A stretch of 64,000 bases of DNA. Source: Lytechinus pictus (Eukaryota). How positions within the stretch are numbered: the first letter of the stretch is position 1; each line of letters starts with the position of its first letter. The notes under the pieces are model-generated. The model was not told the DNA's origin and ran no database searches. It saw only the letters and a program-made list of their open reading frames with translations. The translations under genes and the position numbers were made by a program. Positions 14,224 to 28,500 of this stretch are shown here, piece by piece. The stretch spans positions 11,904,001-11,968,000 of the forward strand of contig NC_087252.1 in assembly GCF_037042905.1 (NCBI RefSeq), given 5' to 3'.

Positions 14224-14991
14224 TCAGTAATTATCTATGGCAATGCGTGGATGTTCTGTTACGACCGACAGTTGATTCTAAATTCCAACAAAGTGATATC
14301 ACAATATGATATCCTAAAATTACGAAATATGAAATGCTTGGGCAATTATACAATGACACTTCCTCATATTCCCTCCTTACATGGTTTCGGTTTGGCATAC
14401 TTTCTAAGACACCCCTCAACATAACAGGTAATGATGTTAAAGCTTGTTAAGTGGAAAGCAGGCGCTCTTTCGCCAGTGGGCATAAGTAAAATATTATGAT
14501 GTTAAGACACAGACGTAATGGTGCCAAAATAGTATCCACTATATAGAATAACATGGGGTTTTGTGTGACTGTATACTTTTTTTCGAAGTAAATATCAAAA
14601 TAAACAAGCCCGTTTTTCATTGAATTCACACTCAAACAACGAACATAGATAAAAACTGTATATTATTTTTTAAGAATGTATTTGTATTTTGTAAGAGTAA
14701 GCTCAACAGCGCTAAAAGTAGGGGGAAGCGATGCACATGACTAAAGGACGGAAACAGATACTCCTAGATTTGTTTCACACTGTTACGTTTCTTGCAATTA
14801 TATTCTTGGCAAAGTGATCGTTTAACTTCGTACTAATTACAAACAATCTCTTTTTGGTTCTTGGAACTATTTTATAACTTTGGAAATAAAGAACAACGTT
14901 TGATAATAAATGAGGGTAATTTTCAATGACAACGTGTATAATTAATATATAGAGTGATGTTTTTGTCGGATACCCTAATAGTGAATCTAGG

Positions 14992-17900
14992 TTACCACGC
15001 AACGAACAGAGATGAAGATCTTGTCTGGTTTTGGTACAGGGTGAACCCAGAAGGTGGATTCAGGATAAAATCTGTAAAAAATAGAAGATGATATAAACAG
15101 TAAACATAAATCTAACATGGTACGTTTATAAATATAAATGAAATAGTAAATCAATTGGTAGGATAGCATGAATATTTCATTTTCAAACAAAATTAATTTG
15201 TATTAATTTATTTATTCCTTTTTATTTATTTATTCAATTTAGGATAAAACATATCAAATTCAACTATTTACAGTGTGGAGGAGTCATTAAAAGCCACATG
15301 CATAAAAAAGATGATTCTTCTAGTATAAAAATATGAAAACATCAACTATGTAACAAAAAATGCATAGAGTGATTAAAAGTTTTTTGATGACGTTATTTTA
15401 ATTGTTATTTGATTATTAGAAAAGAAACAAAAGGTAAACGTACACGAATTCAGGGAATCGAAGTTTGCACTTCCCGACCCATATGCTGATACTGCGGTGC
15501 ATTTATAAACAGAATGGTATTTGGAGAGTGGGTTTTGAATCTCAAGTACGCTGGACCTTAGTGTTGCATCTTCATATATAGTCTCAAGGAGTGTGATGTT
15601 ATTGGTGTCATTGGACACTATAGTTTTGTTGCAAAGCCAAACGAAAGTAATGACAGGAGGATTTGCGTCCGCTTTACATATCAACACGAGCTCAGTAGTC
15701 CCATTTGCTTTGTTTGATGTAAGACGTCGAACAGTGATTGACAAAACGGGATGATCTACATTACAGATTCAAAATAAAAATTCGCTATAAGTTGATATAA
15801 AAAGGGAGAGGCATAATGATTAGCAGAGACAGTCGGTTTTGAAAAACTCGGAAGAGGAAACAAAACACTGTCCAACTATTTTGCTAAAATGAGGAAGCAG
15901 TGCCATTTTTTCTCATTGCAGCCTTCGTCATGTTTCTAGTCTGTGAATGTAAGAAAGAAATTTAAAAGGCTCAAGTTTTCTTTTAAAATTTTGTCACAAA
16001 ATCTAAAAAACAAGCGAGCAGGACAAGCAGAAAAAAAAATTGTAATAGCAAATGAGTCAACGAGGAAAACATGCAAACAAACAAGATGAGTTAGAATTAA
16101 AAAAGCTTTCCTATCTGTCCAACCTGCCCAATAGTCTTATCAACAGCATTACAAAAATCAGTACTTACATGTTATATTCAGAACCAAGCTTTGATTCACC
16201 GATCGAGCTGGGAGTGTTGTAGGTTGAACTGCCTCACAGAAAAGATGTTTTCCATGATCAAACCTCGTCGGTATTAGAGTCAGAGTGCTTTCAGCATCGT
16301 ATCGACCAGCTTTATTTTCACTTATGTTTAAAAATGAATCCTCTGTAAGATTTCTTGATCCGATGAACCAATGGATATGCGGTGCAGGGTATCCATTAAC
16401 AGATTTGCAGGTTGCATTTATTTCTATGCCCTCGTATAGGTCCACAGGGGAAATAATTTTGATCCCTTTTGGTAGGCCTTTGAACAAAACGTAAAAATAA
16501 TATTCATATAAAAATGCCCTAAGATGAATAATGAAATTTTGTTTTTAATATAACCTACTTAACATCCTAATGATTTATATAATTGATGAAAGAGATGAAA
16601 GACACCTCTTGCATTCTCTATTTTCTTAGAATATGTAAATTCCCTAATAAAGTGATGATGCCGTGGCCCTTTTCAGCCTTGGATTTTGTAAGAAATCCAA
16701 AACAATACACAACTATAGAGAATATACTTTATCATGTAAATGATGACGATTATTATCAAATAAAACTTAATAGGACAATAGATTGAACTACATTATTATT
16801 TATTTCTGGAAAAATACTAACCAAAAGGAATATTAAGACAAACTCACCGTAAACGATCAATTTGGCAAACCCTACGTCGAATCTGGATCCTTCAAGTATT
16901 GCGTAGCATTTAATGTACTTCTCATGATGCTCAATATTTGGGCGTATGGGTAAGGTGGCTTCGGTGTCAAACAAAGTATCGTCTAGAACACTTATTTTGC
17001 TTGAGGCATTTTCATGGATGAGGATATTGCCAGCATGACCAGCACTACCTGCTAACTGAAATGATAGTTTGGTAGCTGGGAATGACTCAATGCTTTTACA
17101 AGTGATATAAGTCGGTGAATCTTCTTGAACGTGTAGGAGTTTTGATTGTGAATGGTTACCTCCAGTTGGAAAGAGCAGTACGTCCCTTGGCAGAACTTCA
17201 AATTAAAAGAGAAAGAGACATATTGAGTGAGTAAAATGAGGAACTAAACTGACAGGGATGATTATGGATGGTACTGAATTAGCACTTTGATAAATGATAT
17301 TGAGGAGACTGAAAGCTTTTAGCACATACATGACATACTTTCCTGTATACGCATGTTATGTGGACAAGAAAGTAAAATGCACATATAATGTAAATCCATC
17401 TGCAAAGGAATAGATTCGCTCAGACATTTGGTTATTTTATACATTACAGTGGAGGCAATAAAAGGCTCTCAAAAGACTAAGAATGACATCTACAAACAAA
17501 AATAACCTCTATGACATACACACCGTAAACATTGAGATGAACTGAGCACCGAGGTTCATACTGTAGTTCTTGGTGTGATGCAGTGCAGCTAAGAATCTTT
17601 CCGTGGTCGTTCCTGGAGGGTGTGATTGTCACAGCTTTCCGAGAGATGTAAGATCCGTCTTCAATAACATCAAACTGATCATGTAAATATATCTCTGTAT
17701 CACCAGGTATTTGCCATGTAAGTACTGCAGGGGGCCTTGCACCATGTGCTTCACATGTGATCTCATTTTTCTTCCCAGCAGTTAAAGAAAGGTTGTTAGA
17801 ACAATAGTGTAGGATTCCCTTTCCATCCGTGATTGAAATTATGCTGGGTGGAGCTGGTGATATAATGAAATAATCAGTGTAAATAGTCAATCACGTTTTT

Positions 17901-18188
17901 GTCAGTTCATGTCATACATAATAATCTATTCGAAATGGAATTTATTATGAAGTTTTGAAAGTCTCTGAAAAAATTATGATGTCACTTGAATTATTATTTT
18001 TTTTATCTTTCAACAAATTAAAGATTTCGATGGGTAATAATCATAGGTCCGTATACGACAGATCGCCAGTATCTATTTACTACAAACTACTCTTAATGAA
18101 AGAAATTACACAACGCTTCATACTTACAGCTTTTTGAGATGGTAATAACGAATAGAACAAGAGGTACTTGCACAGAAATGGACGCCAT
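14992..18188 (-). CDS. Unit G: predicted secreted IgSF protein, SP-C2-C2-C2-I-FN3 stub, ~479 aa
   Basis: complement(join(18128..18188 MASISVQVPLVLFVITISKS, 17524..17853, 16848..17195, 16169..16477, 15444..15755, 14992..15071 ...LFVAW*)). GT-AG, phase 1, open frame; closest paralog of H, including introns. Confidence 0.85.
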
Positions 18189-19104
18189 CTTTCAGTGATC
18201 GTAGGCAATGCGACAACGATCTCTTTGTTTCAGCCGACATAGATTCCAACACAAACTATCAGAACACAAAATACAAGAGTTGAAATGCTTTAGACATTTA
18301 ACAATGGCACTTCCTTGTTTTTCCTCCTTACAGGGATTTAGTTTCGCATACACCAATCAACATTTCAGGTAGAATGCTAAAAGCTTGTAAGACGGATAGC
18401 GGGCGCCCTTTCGTCAGAAAGGTTGGTATGGTTATCCTTTCGTGAGGTTGTCAGAATAATAGGTCCAGAATAAATTACCACGCATGAATGTAGGGATTAA
18501 TAAAAAGTATCTTATTATTAAAAAAATAAATAGATAAAAGAAGAACAGAAGATGTAGATTGTCTGTGTGTAAACTTACTTTCCAACAAAGAATAAAACAT
18601 GGAAGAATTATATTTTCGTATTTAAACAAATCACTGACGTACCGAAAACTACGGAAAAGTGATAATGTTTAAAAGTAGACATTTTGAATGTGTGATGAAC
18701 ACTAGATTTTGCCAATTTATTGCAATTTCATTGTTTTTTACCTTGAGAGGTGGTTAGCAAGAAAAGTTGAACAGAAATAACCTGCACGCTAATAGCCACA
18801 TAACATCCTCAAAAAATCAGTTTCAGCCACCGACAGAGTATATACGAGGAAAACAGTCGCAAGTCGTTAATATACATTATGATTTTCACCTTACAAATAC
18901 ATATTGATATTCACATATAATGTAGTTATTACATACTGCAAATACTAATGGAATTGATTTACCAAAATGCAATTGAAGCTGCAACGAAGTTTGATATGCA
19001 CAAATTCACACATTAAACATTAAATACGTTTATTCGACTTTTTGGAAACTTCATCTGGTTCAATGCATCCTTTAAAGTCATTTCCGATGCAGTATGAACA
19101 ATAT

Positions 19105-19943
19105 TTAACATGACTTCATGACATAACCTGGTTGCCAGGCAACGACAATAGATGAAGATTTTGTCTGGTTTTGGTCAACGATGAGCCAGGCAGGTACATC
19201 TGGGATAACTACATGTATATAAAAGGCGGAAACAAAAACCATCAAATGATAGAGTAAGAGTTTAATAGTACAATTCTTATTTTCTTTAACCATAATTCAT
19301 TGTCTTGTTTTTATATTTACTATTTTAATCAAATGTGACGAAATATCATTCAGATGTGACAGTCTGTATTTTTAAACTAACGTATATAGTTATTATAATA
19401 ATTCAATTAGTATTACTTTAGAAAACAGAATATCCAAAATCAAAAATAATATCACAGTTCAACTCACGAAATAACGAAGAATTGAAAACTGCTGATCCTA
19501 ACCCGTATCTGGATACAGCAGTGCAATTGTAAATAGATGGATGTTCAGATGGTCGGCTTCGAATCATCAGGTCACTAGTGGTTACGGTCTCTCTTTCTGC
19601 ATGTTCTGGGCTATTCTCGTGGAGATTCATGTTACTGGTGTCATTGAAGACAATAGCTTCATCACTGAACCATTCAAAGACAACGGCAGGTGGATTGGAA
19701 TCTGCTCTACATGTCAGCGCAAATTCCATAGCCCCATATGTTGTATTTGACTTACGTGAAGTAAGACGTCGAGCAGAAATAGAAACAACTGGTACGTCTG
19801 GAAGCAAATGCGGAAACCTTATAAATCAGCGAGAGCACTAAGTGATAAAAACGAAGGTTTACAACAGAAAGAACAGGAAACGGAATTTAAAAAGGGAATG
19901 ATAGTGTACCCAACATCTCTACTACAGGTATCACTTTATTTTC

Positions 19944-19978
<35 letters not shown>

Positions 19979-22900
19979 TAAAAAATAATTCAGAAGTCTG
20001 TGTGGGGATTTGGTTAATTTGTTAGGGACCATTGGTCCTAACTTGTACCAAAATATGAAATGAGTTAGTGCTTACATGATATGTTCAGAACAATACTCTC
20101 GTTCAATGCCATGATTGAGAATGTTGTAGTTTGGACTGCCTCACAAATGAGCCGCTTCCCATGGTCAAGCCAATTCGGTATTACTATCAGAGAGCTTTCA
20201 GCATCGTATCGGTCAGCAGCATTGACTGTATTCTTAAGAGATGAGTCTTCTGTGACGTTCTTTAAGCCAATGTACCAATGGATGAGGAAATTGGGGTATC
20301 CATTTCGAGCCCTGCAGGTTACGGTTGTTTCTATTCCATCTTCCAAGTTAGCATCTCCAATGGAAGCAATTTCTACACTGTCAGGTGGACCTTTACGATG
20401 GATATGGTAAATAAATCCAAATGCGAAAATATACCTTAAGAAACAGAATTGCCCTTGGGTTAAAAGTGTTGTTCAATATTCCTAAAACACAATATTACCC
20501 CCACAAATCTAACTAGAATGCCTTTTTCGTAAAAGAACATTAAGCAGCCTTCTACCCGTTCTAGTAAAAATATATTTGGAGATCTATTTGGATCATCTGA
20601 TAATCAAATTTGGTATAGCAAATACATGACAGAAGTATAATAGAATAACACATTTACCTATCAAACGTGATATATTTATATTAGCCTGTACATGTAGTTT
20701 CACCTTAAACATTTCGAAAAGTTCGGAAAATATGTATTGTCTAAATAAAAAACTTAGTATTAATCGACGATGTTTTATAACATAAACCACATGTGAAATA
20801 TTTTTTTGGTGGTATTTAGTGTATTATGCTTTTAATTTCAGAAGAAGGCACAGATGTCACAGAATTATAATGGAATATGTTATGTATACATAGGGATAAA
20901 ACAACTCACCGTAAACCAATAATTTGGCAATCCTTCGTTTAACATGGCTTCCCAAACTCGCAAAACATTTAAGGAATTTTCCATGGTGCTTTCTCTCTGG
21001 AAGAATCGTGATGACACTTTCGGTATCGAACAAACTGTAGTCTAACGCACTGTTAAGCTTCTGAAGACTAGTATTATTTTGAAGACTGGTGGAACTACCA
21101 AGCATCCAAACAAATTCAACCGCTGGGAATGATCCAATGCATTTGCAGGTTATTGATGAGGGTGAATCCTCTTGAACGTACATGACTGCTGATCCCAAAT
21201 CTTTGTCCTTGCCAATTCCTTTTTGGAAGAGGGTCATGCTCGACGGTAAAACTTTATAAATCGAAAGAAAAGGAAAAAGAATAACCAGACGTTAATCTTG
21301 TGACAATAATTGTTACATGATTTAGATTTTTTTTTCTCCTATTAACATAAATTGAAATTAACTTGAATAAAAATAAAGGTGATACATTTCTGCAATATTG
21401 GCTTAACATAATTATGAATTTATTTTTTACATATATATATATTGTTTTTAAGATAGACAGCCTGAATAAAGAATAAAAGCAAGTCCCTAGACTCGACTCT
21501 TGAGATGGACTGAACGGCACGGAATGACCTATTAGCATTATAATTATTATACTGCGCAAGGTTGATCTATAGTCTACACATACCATGAACATTCAGGTAC
21601 ACTGAACTTTGTAAGTTGGTGAATAGTTTGGGATGTGATGCCTCACAGCGCAGAACCTTTCCTTGGTCGTTCGTAGAGGGCGTGATGGTAGCTGTTTTCC
21701 TTGACACGTACTTGTTCCCTTGAATTGTATCAGACTGGCCGTGGACATAAAAGATCACATCATCTGGTATTAGCCAAGTCAGTACGACAGGAGGCCTTGC
21801 TGGGAAAGTATTGCATGTAATGTTATACGGTTCTCCAGAAGTTACTGTTATAGTTGCGGAGTTCGAAATCGGACCGTCTGGTTGTGCACTATCGATAGAG
21901 ACCTGCGATGGCGGAGCTGCGAATGTAGAAGAGGGAATTTATGAAATAATTATAAAGACAGTATGGAAAAGTTCCTGCTTGCTCAGATATTTCATTCTTT
22001 TAGGACTAATTTTCAATTTACATACCATTTTTCATCCAAGTAACCTCAAATATAGACGGGAAAAAATCAACCATCAAATACATAGCTCTTTTAATATATA
22101 GGTTTCAAAATACACTGGAAAATGGGGTATCAATAATCCGATAATTACATTTTTTGGCGGGGAAGGGGGTCCATTGTCGTACAAGATGAGCAACTTTTAA
22201 GAAATTTAAATGACGGACATGTTTTACCCTTGGTATTTGACGCATTCACTAAGGCAATGCACTCGGGCTTGGCCTTAGAGGAGTCGTCATTGGTCTAGGT
22301 AGCGGACATGCAAACTATGTCCTTGGTCCGACCTTGTTCTTGGCCTTTGGTTACCTGGCATTACCCAAATCACTGATAATGAAATGTAGGATGACGATGA
22401 TGGCTAATTTTATACATTCCTTTATCAAATGGATCTCATCATTTAGTAAATTAGACGTCTAATAATAATGGAACATAATCATCCTCGGTGTAGCAGCTGT
22501 TACAGTTTGTTTTGATTCATACGAACTTTTTTTCTTGTCTGGGTCAAAATGGAATGTAATTTTACAAAGCTAAAGACTGAAATATTGAAAAAAAAAAAAG
22601 GCATTAAAATAAAGTATACGCTCTTGAAATCACGGTGTCGGGCCTTTATCTTTAAACAAAGTTGAACAGTCTTTCATTGACGTTGTCTTTTACATCTGAT
22701 TTTGTTTTACCAAACAGCGTAGGGCAATTTGAATGGTATGTTGCAACGCTGTCCGTTTTTTCTTCTTTTTTTACCTGGATTTAGTACTTGTATTGTCTCA
22801 ACCGCTGACCATGTTCCACTCTTGTTTATTAAATCGCATGTGTATCTCCCATTGTCACCAGTGGTCAAATTGATTATTGTTAGCGATGTGCTGCGGTCAT

Positions 22901-23492
22901 CTACCAATATCTTGTACTTTGTAGGATTAGAAATATTAGGTGTACATTCATTCGCATATGGGCACGATTCATTAGCGACCTCGATGCCGTCGTGTTTCCA
23001 CTGTACTAAGCGAGGATATGAAGAAGGTGAATAACTGCATTCAGTTGTAAAATCTTCTCCGGTGACTGGTAGGGTCTGTTGTTGAAAAGAAATCGTATTT
23101 GCAGATGGGGATCCTGTAAGTTCAATATGAAAAACAAAGTCATTTTGTGATAATATGTAAACATCACATTTCAAGGATGAAATTTTGATAATCTCTCATC
23201 AAATTTCAATCAGGTATTTAGAGGAAAGCCAGTTAATACATTGGTTCTAGAACTATTAATTGTAATAACGTGTCGAATATTATTTTGCAAGAATTGGATG
23301 AACATAAGTAAATTTAAGGGGGGAAAATAAACCATTCAGTGAAATTTTCGAGCTTTGTATTATCTGTTCGTGTAAATTTGTCTTCGACGTTCTTGACATA
23401 AAAAAGACGTTGTGAAACTTTATGAAATGCATAAACTACATACCTTTTCTGCACAAGAGAATGACAAAGCAGAACTGCAAATAAGATGCCAT
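19105..23492 (-). CDS. Unit F: predicted secreted IgSF protein, SP-V-C2-C2-C2-I-FN3 stub, ~603 aa (most complete unit)
   Basis: complement(join(23444..23492 MASYLQFCFVILLCRK, 22775..23113 V with DNGRYTC, 21584..21916, 20910..21251, 20076..20390, 19468..19797, 19105..19208 ...VVAWQPGYVMKSC*)). GT-AG, phase 1, open frame. Confidence 0.88.
19131..19143. promoter_or_regulatory. RFX/X-box-like palindrome GTTGCCAGGCAAC in the FN3 stub
   Basis: Perfect copies at 5811, 19131 and 37703; variants at 10957 and 14991. Confidence 0.45.
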
Positions 23493-25536
23493 TTCCAGAT
23501 AAGGCGATAGAATGCTCACATTCTTACTGTCATATCAACAAGAACTTCCTTAACAATTGCAGTGTAAGAGAAGAATTGCATGGACATTCCCAAGGTGTCC
23601 GATACTGCATTGTACAAATGACACTATTGGTTATGAGGTCGTACACTTATGTACATTCACGAAAATCGAGAGTAATGTCGCTATACCCTACTTAGTTTCC
23701 ATTTGTTAATATTTACTGTGTAATCTATGGTTATCAGCTTGTCCAGATCAAACCAACAGAGTGTGCACTTTAGTTTGCCCAGGGACGGTTTGAACGTAAA
23801 ACTAGGAGATGAATATATATTCACTTCGTTTAGTTCTTTTCTGAAGCATAAAAAATGGTAGCTGTTATTATTGATTTCATCAATACACAAACGCTTTTAT
23901 TACTTGAGTTTTTGAAATTACATTTTTCGAGTTCCCTTTGTTAAAAAAAATGGACCTAGAATTCAATACTTATTCAAATTGGTTGTTGGTGACTTTGTAA
24001 CGTATATTGATGATAGACTGAATTATTGCACTTCTAAAATTGTTGGATGTAATATGTACTCTGTTTAGCTTAGATTTTAAACATAGAAAAGGAAACCAAC
24101 CAACACACAGAAAAATCTGATAAACTTATCAGGTTTTTTCTCAATTTATTGCTGTCACTCAATGTGTGTTCTTCTTACGTTTTGAAGAAATGTTACAATA
24201 TGCCCTATACAGTATATCGAATCTAAACAGTGTCTTGACATTTTGTTATTTGATTAAATTTGAAAATACCGGTTACCGGTAAGACGTGAAATATTAGAAC
24301 CTTAGTATGTATTGTTACTTCTATTAACATATTCCCATGCAATCGCGTTATAGTACTTGAGTCATTCATATCAATTCTACTCATTCACGATATCATACTT
24401 AACATGAGGTATAAACAGGTTTGATTTTAATATTCTTTTTGTTTTTACATTTTTGTTAATACGTCAATCCAGCAATATGAGAAACAATAAACATTATATA
24501 AAACCACATAGATATACAGGCCACGGTTCAACTAAATAGACACAATTTTATTGTGAATACCGATTTGTTGATACTTTGTACATACTTGGCATTTAATCTA
24601 CTACATATAATAATATGCATGAGATATAGATGATGAATACTTTATCGGAGTGTCATATTCCCTATTTATGTGTGACTGGACTACTGGGGGTAAACATAAA
24701 AGGGCAAGAAGTCCAATGTTTGATTTGAAAGATATTGACAAAAAATTATCAGCATGAACTTTGAAACAAAAATTAATGTATTGGAAATACATGCTTAGAC
24801 TCCAAAATATTAATAGTGATATGATTAAAAAGTTCAAAATTATGTTTAATTTTGTCTACCTACGTGAAATAGAAAATGATAAACCCTTCGAATATCTAAG
24901 TGTCAGGTATTTAAATTTTCTGACCCACAGCTAAAAATTATCTCTTCACAAATCTATTTAGGTCATTAGAGTAGAGTAGCAGTAGTATTTATTCGGGTTT
25001 TCCAGTCGTGAGTCTTGACACGAAATTTAAACACTACGAAATAGTAAAAGAATCCTCGAAAAAAAAATTGAGTTTTGGACTTTTCGAATAACTTTCCTAA
25101 CCCACCCCTTCAATATGATAGTAATGATTCCTCAGTAACAATGACGATTATTTTTACTACATTAAATGTTTAAACATTTGCATGATTATTAAGCGCATGG
25201 CTGGATGCAGCAGCGGGGGGGGGGGTGTTCCCAAGAAAATTTGACAACTTACACTTTCTAAATATTTCAGAAAGTTCACCAAATTTGGCATGAAATCCTT
25301 CGATTCATCTTTAAAATTATGCAAAGACGTTTTCAGTACACCCTAGGTCCCCTTGCTTTCGATTTTTTTCCTTCGGAAATTGTTATGCATCTTGTCCCCT
25401 TCCGCTGGAATGACATTATTGTGCTTCAATTATCGCAATGATGCTTTGTCTATTGGAACGGTTGTAATTCATTTGGATTTTGATCTTGAATTTTATTTCC
25501 ATTCTCAATTTTTGGAATAGCTGACTAATCTGCTGA

Positions 25537-28500
25537 CTATTTCAAATATATTACTGCCACCGGCCTTTTAATCTGACAAGATATAATCAGAACTCCTGTG
25601 TTATTTGCAAACCGGGAACAGGATGAGGTAGGTTGAGCTGCTTGGCAGAGAAGACGTTTGCCGTGATCAAACCTATTTGGCAAGAAGATTAGAGTGCTTT
25701 CAGCATCATATCGATCAGCGCCATTGACTGATATATTGAGAGATGATTGACCTGTGACATTCCTTGATCCGATATACCAATGGATAAGATGACTAGGGTA
25801 TCCATTGAAAGCTCTGCAGGTAAAATTGAGCATATCATCCGGGACAGTCATTACAACTTCGTCTGGTATCCCTATACAGATATAAAAACAAACTTTCAGA
25901 TGAAGACAAATGCATGGTGTTAAACTACGCAGTACCTTGGTGTATATTGGGGAATCAAATAACTTAAGGGTTAAATTCGTTTTACAAAAGTACAGAGGTA
26001 AAGCCCCAGTCACATAGAGACACGGATCATCAAGGATCAACACGGCAATGGAAGCATGATCCGGGATGGTCCGGATAGTTTTGCCCCGTCGACAATCGTT
26101 AATGACTGTACACAAGGCAACTACACGGCATCTTCACACGGATCTACACGGACTATTCCGGCAGAGCACGTCGTCTACAAAGATCATCCGGGCGTCAACA
26201 CGGCAGCTACACGGACCAACACGTCAGCTACACACACCAACGCTGCGGCTATACTAACCAGCAAGGCATACAAAGTCTGCTATAGAAATGAACTGATTTT
26301 TATTTACTTCATTCTTTATGTCATCCTTGTAGCGTAACAGTTCGTAAGTGCTTGAAATCTAAATAAAAACAAAGTTTCATTTTGAATACTAATCTTCAAT
26401 GAATTAATGATGTTTATGCCCACTGTTTAAACAACTACTGTAAAGTACATAAAGTAAATAGCGTTGTATAAAATTGATGTTAAGAGGTCATGAACTCCCA
26501 AGGATATTCGAGACAGCAACAGGGATCTACACGGCAGCCACACGGCAGCTTCACGGACCGTCCCGGATCGCTTTGTCAACACGGCACTACATGGATGATG
26601 CCACTTTTTGACAGCCAAAAACTGCCGCGTTGACCTCTCAGGCGTTCAAGGACGAACACGGACCTACACGGAATGCCCAAGGCGCCAACACGGATCTTTC
26701 CCCGGCCCACCCCGGGACAGATCTGGAAGATACGGATGCTGAATGTGACTGGGGCTTAACAGCCTTGAAATTGTTTCCAGGTTCTGTAAATTACACTCCA
26801 TGAATTAACATTGTATGATACTCTTTTTCTTCCATCGGCTTTGCCATAGCCAATATTGATTCTTGGTTCTAAAATCATTAACGAATGACAACTCACCGTA
26901 CACAATTAGTCTAACTGTCAGTATTTTACCAAAGAAGCCGTCCTCCATATACGAGGAACATAAAATGTGCATTCCATGGTTCGTGGCATCTGGCCTAATG
27001 GTAATGGTACTTTCAGTGTCAAACAAAGTGTCGTCTAAAATACTCCTAGTGCTTGAGACATTTGCATGGATCCGAGTCCTGTCAGAGTCACCAAATAACC
27101 CAAACGATAGCTCAGTTGCTGGGAATGACCCAATACTTTTACAAGTGATTGAAGTCGGTGAATCTCCTTGAACGTATAGGACTGTTGATTGTGACTGGTT
27201 ACCTCCAGTTAGAAAGAGCAGCACACTGGTTGGCAGAACTGTAAATAGGCAAAATAGAAAATAAGCATAAGGGAAAGAGGGGTATATGAGGAAGTAAGTC
27301 TTGTGTTTGTTGCAGACATGACCTTTTCTGGAAAGCAGTTTTGTAACTTAACTCTGTGTAAATCAACAGGAAACTATATATTTATCAGTGAATAAAGTGG
27401 AATGTATTCAGTGTCATTGAAGTGCTAAATAACGCATAGAAACAACTGATTTGCAATATGTAGATGTGCAAGTAAATTGAACTTAAATCGACATACACTT
27501 TCAGCATATTTGTCCAATATTTAGGCTATTTGGGATTGACCGATTTTTACAAAGAATTGCAACTACTAAAAGTCTCTGAATGGGAACATATCGTATATGT
27601 ATGGAAATTTTCCATGAAAAATACATACCATGAACATTTAGACTAACTAAGCATCTAATATTCTTTTGTAGTTCTGGGTGTGATGCGATGCAGCTAAGAA
27701 TCTTTCCGTGGTGATCTCTGGTGGGTGTGATTGTCAAAGTTTTCCTGGAGATGTAAGATCCGTCTTGAATAACATCAGATTGATCCTGATGAACAACGGT
27801 CACACCTTCTGGTATTAGCCATTGCAGCACTGCAGGAGGCCTTGCCCTATTTGCTTCACAGGTGATAATATACGGATCTCCAGCAGTTATACTTATGTTA
27901 GCGTAGTTCAAGTATTGCCAGCCCGACTGGGCATCAGACACAAAGACTCTTGTTGGTGGAACTGGAGGAAAAGAAGACATTTAATTCAGGATTAAAATCC
28001 AAGTGGAACAGTTCTTCTAACTTTCCGATCCTTATGCTTGAGTTATTGATACAATTGAATGATTTTCTTGCAATCTTTATAACATTTACAGCATGGTACA
28101 AAGTATAGTTAGGTAACGAATTTTTTTCTAACGCTAGGGAAATCTAGCAGTTCAACGCCTAGAGCCCTAAAAATATCTTCAGTAGATTGTGGATAACTGA
28201 TCCATGTACTGCACTGCACTGGCGCTATTAATTGGCAGCAGTAAAGCTACAAGAATGTCCACTTGACTGCCTTTTATCACAAACTGTGTTTACTTTTGAA
28301 AAAATAAAAATCAGTGGACCTGTAAAAACACTGCACTATTTGATTTCTATCTTCTCTTTTATTTTCCATGTCCATACTTAACAAAAAAGTATTTTTCCAC
28401 AGACAGGAATAATTTATTTAGACAGAGTGAGGTTTACTTCTATGTTAAAATAGTGGAGTGTCTTGTTACTTAACTTATGGCGAATCTGATAATTTTCAAA

